DNA of 64,000 nucleotides from Rozella allomycis CSF55 (Eukaryota): positions 1 through 64,000 of the forward strand of contig KE561079.1 in NCBI GenBank assembly GCA_000442015.1, in the 5' to 3' direction. The translations under genes and the position numbers were made by a program. The notes beneath the pieces are model-generated. The model saw only the letters and a program-made list of their open reading frames with translations. It ran no database searches and was not told the DNA's origin. Of this stretch, positions 23,054-35,327 are shown piece by piece. Positions within the stretch are counted from its first letter, which is position 1. The number at the start of each line of letters is the position of its first letter.

Positions 23054-26000
23054 TTAAACAGTCATAAAATTATAGCTGCTGTCATCAAAATTTTCAAATC
23101 TATCATGTAGATATCGTGCTGCTTCGAGTTGCTTTATTGCTAGATCAAATTTTTCTAAAACTCCTGATAAAGAGCCGTACATGAGCTTAATTTGTTTAGC
23201 AATTTTCGTAAACTCTAATATGATCTCAGATATACTGGAATATACATGAATATAGTGAATATTCTTTTGTTCCGTTAATAAAGCAAGCGATGAAGACTGC
23301 AAGGATGTTAATTTAAAGTTCATGTCACGTAAAGCAGAGTCAAGGTCTGGAAGGATGGGTGGCAGAGGGTACTTTGATTGCAAGCAATTGCTTAAAACGT
23401 ACACGTACAAAATTAACGTAGCAACCAACTTTTTATGTTCTTCATGCAGTGTGATTAAAACTTGATTTAGAAATGGTCGCGTAAAGCCACGAAATATCAC
23501 TATTCTCATTGTAAGTAATCTGTCAAGAATTATTTGACAAGAATCTATGACTGAAACAAGATTATTAACATTATTGAAACCTTTAAAATATGGCTCCTCT
23601 TTAGCGTCTGAAATCAACTCTCTGCATTCAAACAACAGATATTCCAATTCGAATTCTGACGCCAGATAACTGTTAAGAGCGGGCTTAAGGAAAAATGGAT
23701 CATTGGACATTGCGAATATAACTTTTCCAAAAAGCTTTCCAATTTTGTTTAACACGCTAGCGGCTTTCTTTCTCAGACAAGTTTTCGCAAAGCTAGGATA
23801 AATAAAGAAATTTCCAAATACAGCAGCAAATGCACCCAAAGCTATTGCTACTGTTCTTTTCATCGCAAAGTCGAATACAATCTGAACGGGATGGCCAAAC
23901 TTATTGAATGAATTATCCAGTATTCGCCCATAAAGAACAACAATAAAGGCAACAATAACTATGCTGCCTAATCTATTGAATGGAGAAAAGAAGCGCAATA
24001 GTAGACAAGGTATGAACAATATCACCGAAGCTACAACTATTGGAATAGGAGAGAAGCAGAACTGGGGAAAGAGTTTCATAGAAAGATACGCATATGAACC
24101 ACCAATCAATGTTCCAAGAATTCGATATATTCCAGATTTCATACTCTGGCCGAACTGAGGAGTCATTAGAACCAGCATGGATATTAAAGCCCATCTACCT
24201 CTCCATTCAAAGAATAACTGTAATCCTTTATCTGTTAACATCGGTAAGCATAAAAGGAACGAAATTATAGTTACACGAAGTGGGAATCTAAAATCATCAA
24301 ATTGTAAATTTCGGAATATTTGGAATGATCGACCCCTGCTGTTTGATGCTTGATCATATTCGTACAAATCGTTATCAGTTTTACATCTCAAAACTTGTTT
24401 ATCTATTTTTATGGGATCGATATCAGTTTCATTTAACTCAAAGTTGTTTGCATCAATATTCTCAAAAGAACTAGAGTTTGTTAATTTTGATAAGATGCTC
24501 ACAGAGTCACTTTTTAATTTTTTGATTCTATCGTCATTCCAAAGGAAAGGTATGTATAATTTCTTTTCTTTGCCGATTACGCGAGCTTTTGCTGCCAAAG
24601 CTTCCACTTGCTCTGTAAAAGTTCCTATGCCTAACAACAAGTAATACACAGTGAGCATATCTTCAACGTCATCTTCTGATTTGATTTCAATTTGGCGTGG
24701 CGAATCAACCCTGTCGTTAACTTTAAACAACTTCCATAGAAGAACGCTTTGTCTTTCATAAAAACTATTCAATGCATTGACGTAAACCTCTTTAGAGGTC
24801 AATTCCCTCTTAACTTTCACAGTCTTTAACACTTTGCTAGTTGAACGTGATCGTGTCTAATTTTTAGAAATAATTTATATCTTTACTCTTGATTTAATGT
24901 TCAAGCTTTTTCGTTTCAAAGAAGAATTTGATGGGGTTGGAAACAATTTCTCAATTTTATGGTGGCGTTTTTCATGATTTTGTAAATTTATGATATCTGA
25001 TGATTTCAAAATATTATCTGTTTCTGCTTGATCAGGAATAATTTCAGTTGATTTTCCATCGCAAAACAATTCATAGACAACTCGAAGCTCATTCATCGAT
25101 ATGTTTATAAGTTTTATGAATTCTTCTTCAATTTCAGACATAAAAGATCTCAAATATTCAATTCTTCTATTTCGTTTCCCACTTGAATTATTTGGATTAT
25201 TAACAACAAACTCATTTAAAAGCCTTTCACATAGCTTTGTCATTACGTTTATATGTCTCAATAATCTTCTAATGTGAATGGTAAAATGTTCATAATAAGA
25301 TCTATCAAAATATGAATACGAAATTTCTAATCTAGATTCATGCATAGTTTTTGTAATCGTTGCAAATGTGATTCTTGATTGGCCTACTATTCTGTTCAAC
25401 TCTTTAATGGAATTTTCTGCATTTATTGTTGAATCGTTTGGATCCAATGAAGCAAAAATTATTTCTGACATGCAATTCAACAATTCTCCCAATTCTTTAA
25501 CGCCCTTCTTCAAATTTTTCCTTAGTGAATCCCCTGCAGTAATTGGAAAAACTAACACTGCTACAATCCAACTCAAAAATCCACCAATTAAATACATAAA
25601 ATACCTCGAAACAATTTTCCTTTTATCGACGCTGCCAATGGTTAACATATCTTGATAAGAAATGAATAGATCCAAAATCAATGCCGAAAGTGAAGCATTT
25701 ATAGTTTTCTCATAGTTCTTTGTAATGGTCTTTGCTTTTATAAATGAAAGCATAAAAATCAAAAATAAGAGCCATGCAAACACACTCGCATATGATTTCG
25801 TTATAACAGGCAATAAAAACCAGTCCAGTCCTGTAGTAATAGACATTGCCATCACATAAAATATTACAGATTGTGTAACTGAACCAACGCTACCTACTGG
25901 CTCGTGTAGTAATACAGAAAGTGGTAAATCTAGAATGGTAGATTTATCCACATACTCCTCAAAAAATTCTCTAATGTTAGGTATAATTACAACTAAGGAT

Positions 26001-26167
26001 GATAAAGTCAACGCTAATAAGCATTTGAAGAAGTCCTTCTTCTGTCTAGAGCTCATTAAAACTCTAAAGAATTGTGGCTGAGTGGCTGTTTCATTCGGAC
26101 ATGAAATATCATTCCTTTTTAAGAAGGAGAGAAATGAAAGATCAAAGAATATCCACTTCCAGTTCAT
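23054..26167 (-). CDS. FUSC/ArAE/ALMT-type membrane transporter (Bre4/YGL140C-like), 2 exons
   Basis: Two TM clusters; WRGRWALISMLVLMTPQFGQS...YRILGTLIGG, FAMKRTVAIALG...FIYP..A...LR and AKEEP motifs; intron near 24857-24880. Confidence 0.8.
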
Positions 26168-26365
26168 TTAAAGAGACCAAAATAATGTTTACTGTTATGG
26201 CGCGTGGATTCTCTAAGCAATGAGACATTTATATTTTTTAATTGTTCTATTGTGTTTGCATGTAAATTTGAAAATTCGCTTTTATGTGATGATATTTTTA
26301 GAAATGGCTGAGGAGTGGCTTTAACTTTTGTTCTTTACAAATAGCTGGGTGGCGTGGCTTTTCGT

Positions 26366-27592
26366 ATGTTGAAGAAAACTATAACTTTACTATTTTCTTT
26401 GCTCTTTCTAACGAGCTTATTGTCGGCAACTCCGTACACTGAATGCATGAGCCAAAACATCGACCAAGAAAATCGTTCTGAAGCAAGATTTGCATCTATA
26501 CTCAACCAGTGTGTTTGGAAAGCTGGCCCAGATGACCAGAAATACGTCATGGGAGATATATTTGCTCTTCATATCGAGAACGAATTCGGTTCGTTAACTT
26601 TGTCTGATCGCGACTTCAAAAAATTTGTTTTAAGCCTTGCAAATTCCTTTCCAAATTTTGAAATACTTCCGTTTAAAAACACTGCCATTAATTGCTTGAA
26701 ATCACTTAAAGAATCCGATGGCTTTATTTCCTTTACAGGATGTATTGGTAGAATTGATAGATACACCTATCTGGAATGGATGCTTGGCGGTGCCCTCAAA
26801 ATCAATAATTATATAGCCATACAAAAGAATGGCCCATGGATAAAAGAATTTCAGGACATAATCATGAACTATGCATTTAAAATGGCTATCCCAACACAAA
26901 AGGCTGAGTTAGAAAGTCAAGGATTAATAGAAAATCCTAAATATTTTGATCATTTTTATTACGAATGCTCGGAAAAGCAGCACCTAATCGACGCCATTGT
27001 CAAAAAGTGTTTGGTGATATCACTATTGCCCAAAACTCAAGAAATGGCCGATCATTTAATAGCAGATTCTATTAAAGCGCGACTAGAGGGTCACATTGGG
27101 TCATCAAGGACTATTTCTAAATTTTTGAAGACTCATTATTCGATATTTTTCAATCATGAATTATTCGATGAAAATGACGAACTTGTTTGTGCGTCTTACT
27201 TGGCTTGCGATGACGTTTACAGATTCAAAAATTGTGTGATGCAAAAAGAAAATTTCGACTTGACAGTCCATTGGATCAAAGGATTGGGCAAAAGCTATTA
27301 TCAAGAAGAGGCAAGAACAAAATTGATTATTTACATTCATTCTTATGCAGAGAAAGTTGGACGGAATGATGAATTGGCAAGCCTTGGTATTAATGAAAAG
27401 CCTGTTGACTATTCGTCGCTTGGGGATACTTTTATCATGTTAGCAATCGGTTTAGTCGCTGCTGCCTTTTTATTGGAGGCTTACAAAACAATTAAAAAGG
27501 CGAGAAACAAGAAAGATATTTCACCTCAGGCCTCAACAAACATTCAAATGACTGAGATTACTGATAATTTACCGCGATACGAGAAAGTTTAA
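26366..27592 (+). CDS. 4-Cys-repeat type I membrane protein with LPxY tail
   Basis: Signal peptide MLKKTITLLFSLLFLTSLLSA; repeats PYTEC and FYYEC; TM FIMLAIGLVAAAFLL; C-terminal LPRYEKV. Confidence 0.85.
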   Translation: MLKKTITLLFSLLFLTSLLSATPYTECMSQNIDQENRSEARFASILNQCVWKAGPDDQKYVMGDIFALHIENEFGSLTLSDRDFKKFVLSLANSFPNFEILPFKNTAINCLKSLKESDGFISFTGCIGRIDRYTYLEWMLGGALKINNYIAIQKNGPWIKEFQDIIMNYAFKMAIPTQKAELESQGLIENPKYFDHFYYECSEKQHLIDAIVKKCLVISLLPKTQEMADHLIADSIKARLEGHIGSSRTISKFLKTHYSIFFNHELFDENDELVCASYLACDDVYRFKNCVMQKENFDLTVHWIKGLGKSYYQEEARTKLIIYIHSYAEKVGRNDELASLGINEKPVDYSSLGDTFIMLAIGLVAAAFLLEAYKTIKKARNKKDISPQASTNIQMTEITDNLPRYEKV

Positions 27593-27677
27593 AGATTCAA
27601 TAAACATTAAATATGTTAGTTGCTTTGTTATTAACTGGCGCAAAAATATACTTTATTTGTTACTTCTTGTTCTACAA

Positions 27678-28256
27678 TTATATATGAGTGAGGATTTGAG
27701 TTGCAACGTCATATGCGATTCTATCTTCATCAAAAGTTAGCTCATAGGTTCTTGCTTGCATGAACTGAATTCCCATAAGAAAGAACATGGGTAGCCCCAG
27801 CACGTTAACTTGGCCTCTTGTGACAGCACACTTAACGNGGCCTCTTGTGACAGCACATTTAACGTTTATTCCATTTGGAGTACCATTGGTGACTAAATAG
27901 TCTGGACCAAGCTCACTCATGAAGATTCTATGTTTGAGCAATTCATATAATCTTGGAGAAAGCACGACGTGTTCACACGTTGTAGAGTCCAGAAGAAAAG
28001 TTGCTGTTGTGTAGTCAGATTCGCTTATTTTCAGTGATATTCTTAGAAACAATCTCCGACATGATTCTCCTCGGTATAAAAAGATGTAAGGTTCAATCGC
28101 TTCAGTGTCAGCGTGATAATCTTTGGGGTGGGCAAACATATTCTCTTGAGTGCGAAAGGAAGGGGGAAAGTCATCTACTTTAACCTGAGATTCTGTGTTC
28201 TCAGCGTTTTCTGAAAATTTATCATTTTTAGAGAGTGCAAAAGTGTCCGACAACAT
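27678..28256 (-). CDS. Hypothetical protein with retropepsin-like (clan AA) aspartic protease motifs
   Basis: ATFLLDSTT (D[ST]G-like) and VNVLGLP (hydrophobic-hydrophobic-Gly) motifs; N27838 overlap duplication. Confidence 0.45.
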   Translation of the reverse strand: MLSDTFALSKNDKFSENAENTESQVKVDDFPPSFRTQENMFAHPKDYHADTEAIEPYIFLYRGESCRRLFLRISLKISESDYTTATFLLDSTTCEHVVLSPRLYELLKHRIFMSELGPDYLVTNGTPNGINVKCAVTRGXVKCAVTRGQVNVLGLPMFFLMGIQFMQARTYELTFDEDRIAYDVATQILTHI

Positions 28257-28491
28257 TTATATTTCTAAGCCACTAGGTCACAGGAGCAACATTTTTTCCA
28301 TCGGGTTCTATTTGAACGTAAGTTTTATTGAATCGAAAAAAAATGCACGGGCGGATTTATGGTCTTATATTTTGACCCTTAAATAACTTTTTAAGTCATG
28401 TGATTAATTATTCCGGTGCATGCAGATCGGGCTTTGAACTGCGCCACAGATGTTATTTATAGAAAAGAATTTATTTTGAAATTGGTTCGAT

Positions 28492-31200
28492 TCAAATAGA
28501 AAAGTTTCCGATTTTAACAATTGGATGGTTTTCCAAGATTTGTTTGATTTCTTTGACTTTGTAGGAAGAAATAGAATGAGACTTTTCTAGCAATTTTACG
28601 ACATCTATGTTAGTATTTAGCTGGCAAAGAGAATTTCTCGCGGATTTTCGTATCGCTTGGTTTCCATCAAAAACAAAATTGGAGAGTGTTTGGACCAATT
28701 TTTCATTGTCAATGTTCTTTAGTATTTTGGATAAGTTACTGACTGGTTGATCGCAGACTATTTTTTCTATGCAAGTCACAACTTTTAATCTAACAACTAC
28801 GCTTTTCTGTTCAGAATGATGTAAAACAGAAACAAGCAATCTATTCTTGGAAACATTCTCGCACAATAAAGCCAGAGTTTTATTCACTTGATCTTGAATA
28901 AAATTGTTTCCATCTAGCGACTTTTTGAACAATGTACCCACTAGAGCATCTAATTCTAAATCTAAATGTTTATTTAAGTGTACGGCTGCCTGCCCAGTTG
29001 CTGAAATTGCCGCTTTAGAAACCTGCGATCTTAAGTTCAACATGCATTCAATTAAAACAAGGCAAACCTCCTTTACGGAAAAATTTCCGCTAAACGGTTC
29101 ATCTTGTATCCCTCTTTCAAGCTCAACCAACCCTTGTGCCTTAACCTGCCAATCGTCTGATGATTTTATGTCCTTTATAATTTCTTTGATATTTTTCTTA
29201 TTTTCAGTCATCAGTGAAACTTTGTGAATCTCTTTTGTTCTCTTCTTTTCATCATCTTTCCGAATTTTGCTGCCTTCTTTCCAATATCCTTTAGCTTCCT
29301 CAATGCTGCAAAATTCATCTACTTTAATTTCATTTTTGGGTTTATTATGAATCTGTGGCACACTGCAACTTTCAGCTCTGATGGAAACAGACCTCTTCTT
29401 TTCTTCTTCTAAGGTTATACTGTTCTTTTGAACAGGCGCTGAAGACATATACGAGTTAAATCTAAATGGAACACCTTTGGAATTTTCATCAATTTGAACC
29501 GAAACAGGGGTACTTCTTTTGGATGGGTTTGATGTTGATATTCTTCTATTCTCACTTTCGAAATACACAGATTTAGTAACATTGTTTTCTGTAACTTTTC
29601 TCAAACTTTCAACAATTTCTTCTCTCCTGATTTCTTCTTTCTTTGCCAATTCACTTATTTCAACAGATGCAGGCCTAGAAACTGATTGAGATCTCATGGC
29701 AATATGATCAAGAGTCCCATCTGAGCTCAAGGTAGGCAAACATTGATTTTCAAATCTTAGCCTTATAACAAACAAAATTCCTTCATCAACACCTACATTT
29801 TCCATAATGTCAAGGACAGTTTCAGAACCGTATTTTTTGCCAAGGACCGCTATCGCTTCAGTGGCAACAAATCTAACCCGCGTCCTTTCATCTTTTAGCA
29901 AAAATGTCAAATTATTAATAGCTTCCTTTAAATTTATTTCATTTATCTTAGTGCTAAGAGCCGTTACAATAAACACATTCACTGATTCCTCTCGCACTTT
30001 GTAATTTGAATCCTGAAATTTCTGAAACACAAACGGCAATATGCAATTCGCTGATTGAGATTTCAACAAATAGTTTAATATACGAAATATAAGTTGCTTT
30101 ATCAATGTCTTGGAATCTCCTAATTTTGTTAATATTCGGGGAACGAAAATGGCCAAATGTTTGTTAATCGAAGTTTCTAATTTTACAACTAATTCGTTCA
30201 AAGAACTAAACGCGAGCATTGATATTTTAAAATTATGATCTTCTGAAAACGACAAGAGGCTCTCAAAGATATCTTCTACGGAGGATTTCAACTGTAATGT
30301 CAATTGGTGAGCGTCTTTTGAATTTTTTATCATATTGTGAATCTTTTCCATTTTTTCACTACGATCTTTTATCTCAAGTTTGCCGAAGTCGTCTAATAAT
30401 GATTCAACATTTCCATTTGTATGTATTGAAACTCTTTTGCCTGTGGGTGGTCTTGAAGTTGATTTGGAAATGTCTAAAGACTGTTTGAAATCGTGTTTCT
30501 GAGCTTTTACGTCATTTTTCAAATTTGAAATATTCAATCCAACCTTACTTTGCACGATTTGTTCATGATATTTTTCAAACAACTGAATGTTACTTCTTGC
30601 AATAATCTCGTCAAAATATTCTTGTTCGATCAAAGAATGAAAGTGTTTTAAGCAATTTATAGTTGCTGTTTTGACCATGTCGGAAACGTCATTTAGTAGA
30701 GGAATAACATTTTTTATAATATATTCTATATCCTTGTCATTTAAATAACATCCAATGTCTTTGATTATTTCAATTGTTGCCTTTCGATATTTCCAATCTT
30801 CATTCTCACATCCCTGGTTGATGAGAACCGAAACAATAGAACATTCTTCCGTTGCATTGCTGGCTATTTTTTGAATTGTGTGGATGGCCTCTTTTCTAAT
30901 CGACGGTCTTGCATCAACGCATTTGTCTAATAATGAAGGTACTAATTCAATTAATGGTTTCTGAATGTTATAGTTTTGGATTTGTGCTATGAATTGAACT
31001 AGTTTTAATACATTAATCAAAATTTCATAGCTAGAAGTTTTTAATTGAATTTTCAAAATTTCAATTAATCGTTGATGATTAATCTTCCCTGGATCCTTGA
31101 AGAGAATACTTTTTTGAAGTTCATCGATTGATTCAATAATGAATCGGCTATCATTACTTTCTAACTTACGCAGTACATTTTCCTCAATGTCCGATAACAT
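28492..31200 (-). CDS. TOG/HEAT-array microtubule regulator (TOGARAM/crescerin or CLASP-like), intronless
   Basis: Multiple HEAT repeats (DWKYRKA, DHNFKI, DSNYKVREE, DDWQVKAQGL, NLRSQVSKAA). Confidence 0.8.
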   Translation of the reverse strand: MLSDIEENVLRKLESNDSRFIIESIDELQKSILFKDPGKINHQRLIEILKIQLKTSSYEILINVLKLVQFIAQIQNYNIQKPLIELVPSLLDKCVDARPSIRKEAIHTIQKIASNATEECSIVSVLINQGCENEDWKYRKATIEIIKDIGCYLNDKDIEYIIKNVIPLLNDVSDMVKTATINCLKHFHSLIEQEYFDEIIARSNIQLFEKYHEQIVQSKVGLNISNLKNDVKAQKHDFKQSLDISKSTSRPPTGKRVSIHTNGNVESLLDDFGKLEIKDRSEKMEKIHNMIKNSKDAHQLTLQLKSSVEDIFESLLSFSEDHNFKISMLAFSSLNELVVKLETSINKHLAIFVPRILTKLGDSKTLIKQLIFRILNYLLKSQSANCILPFVFQKFQDSNYKVREESVNVFIVTALSTKINEINLKEAINNLTFLLKDERTRVRFVATEAIAVLGKKYGSETVLDIMENVGVDEGILFVIRLRFENQCLPTLSSDGTLDHIAMRSQSVSRPASVEISELAKKEEIRREEIVESLRKVTENNVTKSVYFESENRRISTSNPSKRSTPVSVQIDENSKGVPFRFNSYMSSAPVQKNSITLEEEKKRSVSIRAESCSVPQIHNKPKNEIKVDEFCSIEEAKGYWKEGSKIRKDDEKKRTKEIHKVSLMTENKKNIKEIIKDIKSSDDWQVKAQGLVELERGIQDEPFSGNFSVKEVCLVLIECMLNLRSQVSKAAISATGQAAVHLNKHLDLELDALVGTLFKKSLDGNNFIQDQVNKTLALLCENVSKNRLLVSVLHHSEQKSVVVRLKVVTCIEKIVCDQPVSNLSKILKNIDNEKLVQTLSNFVFDGNQAIRKSARNSLCQLNTNIDVVKLLEKSHSISSYKVKEIKQILENHPIVKIGNFSI

Positions 31201-31751
31201 GATTCAATATTCTTGGTTTCCAAGGACAAACTTGATCAACAGAGTTACAAACTATAAAAACTATAAAGTCAAATCTTTTATAACTTTGATATCTTTCAAT
31301 TAATCTATTTATTTTAGAATCCTTTTAACTGTTAAACTTGAAGAAGACCTCTTTTTGCATTCTTTCAAAGAACGAACTTCCGAATTGGGGTCTCCGGTCA
31401 CGCTCGGACTATATCTGGCCAATAATTTTATTACCTCCTCTGAAGTTTCGTCATCAGTTGTGATGATACCTCGAGCGGGTCTCGTAATGTAGTTGCTGTT
31501 TGATTTAATGGAAGGTCTTTTCTGATAACTAAGAGTAAATCTAGTGACGTCCAGATCGGTTAGATTGTTTTAATTTCCGCGTTTCATTACCTCGCATTTT
31601 ATATTAGATACCTCCGCGTGTCATATAGCCAATGACATGAAAGTTGACAAAACGTCACATTTAGATATGTAATTGGTAGAAATTTACCATAATTTTCATA
31701 GCAATAAAATGTTTTTAGATATTTATTTAGTTTAATATGTATTCTTTATAT

Positions 31752-33565
31752 CTAATCCTTTATTGGGAATACCCGCCACTCTTTGTGGGGTACTCTCTCT
31801 AGTTTTTTAATAGCGCGCTTTATAAAAGTTACGAACAAAACACCACCAATCGCAAGAGTAACAAAAGCGGTTGGAAAAAAGCCATCCACGGAAACATTAC
31901 AAACACCACCAATATTTGAGCATTGTTCAACATTCTTGATGCAAGAAAAGGCTAATTGGGATTTAAAATGTAAATTACTTGAATTTGAGATAGGATCTCT
32001 GACGGAGCACTCAGCTTTAGTCAGATAGTCAATGCTCTCGAGCACAAAAAATTTAGGCCATGTTCCTCCAAGATTAGAAAATGTATTGAGAATCTATTTC
32101 TAACATTAATTTTGTGAATTACAGTCATATAAGTTCCACCGATAACAGGATCGCTTATTTGAGCGAAAAAGGCGCCCATTGAGACAAACATTACATTTGA
32201 TGTAAATGACACAGCTACCATTGACATCATTACTAGACCGGTAAACCAAAGAGGAATAGGTTGTTCAGGGAAATTATAGAATAAGAAAATAGACCAAAGA
32301 GCAAGGGAAAGCCTTAGAAGTCCACCCCATAGAAACTAGTTTTGTTACGCAAAATATTGATACTGGTTTTAAGGGGCGATTTCCTTGTGTCCATTTGGCT
32401 GCGTAATATCCAGAAACTAATTGGAAAGGAAAGTCAATAAGCACTGTTATCGCTGTATATTCTTTTTTAAACCCCTTGTCCAACATTTTATATCCTATAG
32501 AGGATTCAACACCAATGAAGCCTATTTTGCATAGCAGTAGCACCAATAAAAATAGACACATGTCTGTAATCTTAACTAAAGCTGGTTACTGGGAAGTTTG
32601 ACTATTTTAAGCATTGTTTTGTATGATTGCGTTATACCTTCCACGTCTTCAGAATTGTTTCCCTGTAATAGTCATATAAATAAAAAATTACTTCTTTGTA
32701 GAATAATACTATCAAAGTCACAAAAAAGCCAAATGCGCCCCAAAAGTACGAAAACCCACCCAGGTCAATAAATCCATAATCAAGAGATTCTGCTCTAAAT
32801 AAGTTTCTATTTTAAAAAAATATTAATGCTACGCAAACTCCGATGAATTGAATGCGAGAAATAGAGTAAAGGAAATAAAATATCCTGAGCTGAGGCCAAT
32901 TGTTTGACACGTTGACGCATATCGAAGGTTTTCTCTAGACAAAATAGTCAACGCCCAGCCATCAACAGCGATATCTTGAGTTGCAGCCAAAAATACCAAG
33001 ACTGTGAAAATTATAGTAACATGATAAATATCAAAAGAGGACTATTACATCACTAGAAAATAATTACAGAGGACAACAGATCTTCAGATTTCGAACCAAT
33101 ATATAGAAACATAGCGCTTATAAGTAAATTAACTGGAATGATCCACGACTTTCTTCGCCCAATATCAGATTAGTTTTCATAATTTTGGTTACTCTTGGAA
33201 AATATTGCATCAACTATTGGAGACCAAAGAATTTTAAAGCTATATGGATAACCGGCAATCGAAAATAATGCCAAATCACTGTATGTTAAATTCAAATCGA
33301 GTCTGCTCTTTAATAAATATGGCAATGTGCCTAGCGCCAATCCAGCAGGTATTCCTTGCATTAAATCTATTTCAAATTTTGATTGTATAATACATAGCAT
33401 TATTAATAAAATGATTGACGGTAAATCTTTTTTGACACAAGAAGGATTCTCTTTTTTCACGTAAGGAATATTTTTTGGTGAGAGAAGTGTCGATAATACA
33501 CTATCGGTTGGTTTTGAGGGAGACGAATACGGTGATTGTGGCCTAGACGGGGGCTTCGTTGACAT
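31752..33565 (-). CDS. SLC33A1: Acetyl-CoA transporter 1 (SLC33A1/AT-1, MFS), multi-exon
   Basis: QGIPAGLALG..P..L, YPYSFKILWSPIVD, LAATQDIAVDGWALT and FFAQISDPVIGGTYMT motifs. Confidence 0.9.
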
Positions 33566-34108
33566 TACAATATTCGAGAGATTTGTTCGAGAGATTTTGG
33601 ATTTTCCGCTGTACATTTTTTAGGATGAAAAACGATTCTAAAAAGTAATCTACGTTGATAAATTCAGGAATGTCTTCTGTTACCAAGGAATTCGATTAAA
33701 AAACAATTGGATCGCTTTCGAGTGCAATCGCAATTTACCAAATTAGGCTTTGGGCCAATTATAATTTTTAAACATATATATTATATATTAAAGTATAGAA
33801 CTATACATGTAACATGAGAAATAGAATTTCGAGAGACATAATTTAGTGGTCAAATCTAAATCTACATCATTTTAAATTTTTATTAACTCTTTTATCTTTA
33901 TTAATTATTTTATATTATATTTGAATTCGAGATCGATTAAATGTATTAAAAGTCTGGATCCGTGAGTTACTACTTAGTACTTACTAGTTACTAAATGTCA
34001 CAAGCTACCATTTAGATTTGTTTAATAATGAATGTAATCTTTATTTTGAATTTTCATAGTGGCGTCACAAATATTTTTTTCGTGTATCGTCAACCCCGGT
34101 AAAACTTC

Positions 34109-35224
34109 ATGTCTGCCTCTGCGCGTCCAACCGTTAACGTTTATTCAAGTGAAGCTAAGAAAGTTGGCTCAGTCAAAATGCCAGCCGTTTTCAAGGCTCC
34201 AATCCGTTCTGACATTGTCAGCTTCGTTCACACTAACATTGCCAAGAACAAACGCCAACCATATGCTGTTTCTTCTAAGGCTGGACATCAACACTCTGCT
34301 GAATCTTGGGGAACTGGTCGTGCTGTAGCTCGTATTCCACGTATTTCTGGAGGAGGTACTGGTCGTGCCGGACAGGGTGCTTTCGGTAACATGTGTCGTG
34401 GAGGAAGAATGTTTGCTCCAACCAAGACCTGGAGAAAATGGCACCGTAAGGTTAATGTCAACGAACGTCGTTTCGCTATTGTTTCTGCTTTGGCCGCTTC
34501 TGCCCTTCCATCTTTGGTTCTTGCACGTGGTCATCGTATTGAACAAGTTAATGAAATTCCTTTGGTTGTTGAAAACTCAGTTGAAGCTCTTGACAAGACC
34601 AAGGGAGCCCTTGATTTATTGGCCAAATTAAATGCTGATGCCGATGTTGAGAAAGTGATTGACTCAAAGAGACTTCGTGCTGGCAAAGGAAAAATGAGAA
34701 ACCGTCGTTTCCGTCAACGTCGTGGCCCATTGGTTGTCTTCAATGAAGACAAAGGATGTGTTCGTGCCTTCCGTAACGTTCCAGGTGTTGAATTGATGAA
34801 TGTTAATGCTTTGAATCTTCTCAACCTTGCTCCAGGTGGTCATTTAGGACGCTTCATTATTTGGACTCAAGCTGCTTTTGAAAAGTTGGATGCTCTCTTT
34901 GGTGATGGACAATCAAATGCTTCTCTTAAGAAAGATTACTCCCTTCCAAAATCTGTTATTTCTAACCCAGACATCGCTAGAATTATCAACTCTGATGAAA
35001 TTCAATCTGTTGTTAGAGCAGCTAACACTCAACGTCCAAAGAGAACAACTCAAAAGAAGAATCCATTGAAAAATGTCAACGTTATGCTCAGACTCAATCC
35101 ATACGCCGCTGTTGCAAAGAGAGCTGCACTCAAGGCTTCATTGAAAATGACACCTGTTAAGAAGGCTAAGAAGGTCAAGTCCAGAACTTCAAAGGCATTT
35201 ATTTCCTCTCTTCTTAATCAATAA
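34109..35224 (+). CDS. RPL4: 60S ribosomal protein L4 (uL4)
   Basis: [43 protein letters not shown]; strong codon bias; intronless. Confidence 0.99.
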   Translation: MSASARPTVNVYSSEAKKVGSVKMPAVFKAPIRSDIVSFVHTNIAKNKRQPYAVSSKAGHQHSAESWGTGRAVARIPRISGGGTGRAGQGAFGNMCRGGRMFAPTKTWRKWHRKVNVNERRFAIVSALAASALPSLVLARGHRIEQVNEIPLVVENSVEALDKTKGALDLLAKLNADADVEKVIDSKRLRAGKGKMRNRRFRQRRGPLVVFNEDKGCVRAFRNVPGVELMNVNALNLLNLAPGGHLGRFIIWTQAAFEKLDALFGDGQSNASLKKDYSLPKSVISNPDIARIINSDEIQSVVRAANTQRPKRTTQKKNPLKNVNVMLRLNPYAAVAKRAALKASLKMTPVKKAKKVKSRTSKAFISSLLNQ

Positions 35225-35327
35225 ACAAATTGGCAACGTTTCATAAATTAATTTCAGTTTTGTAGTCACATTTGTCAATGTTGCCTTTTACCTTATTTTT
35301 ATTTTGAAAATAGGTCGCGGAAATTTT

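Noticed and set aside
31300-31600. Possible small spliced gene on the minus strand
   Set aside because: Exon-like stretches exist, but I could not build a unique model or recognise any motif.
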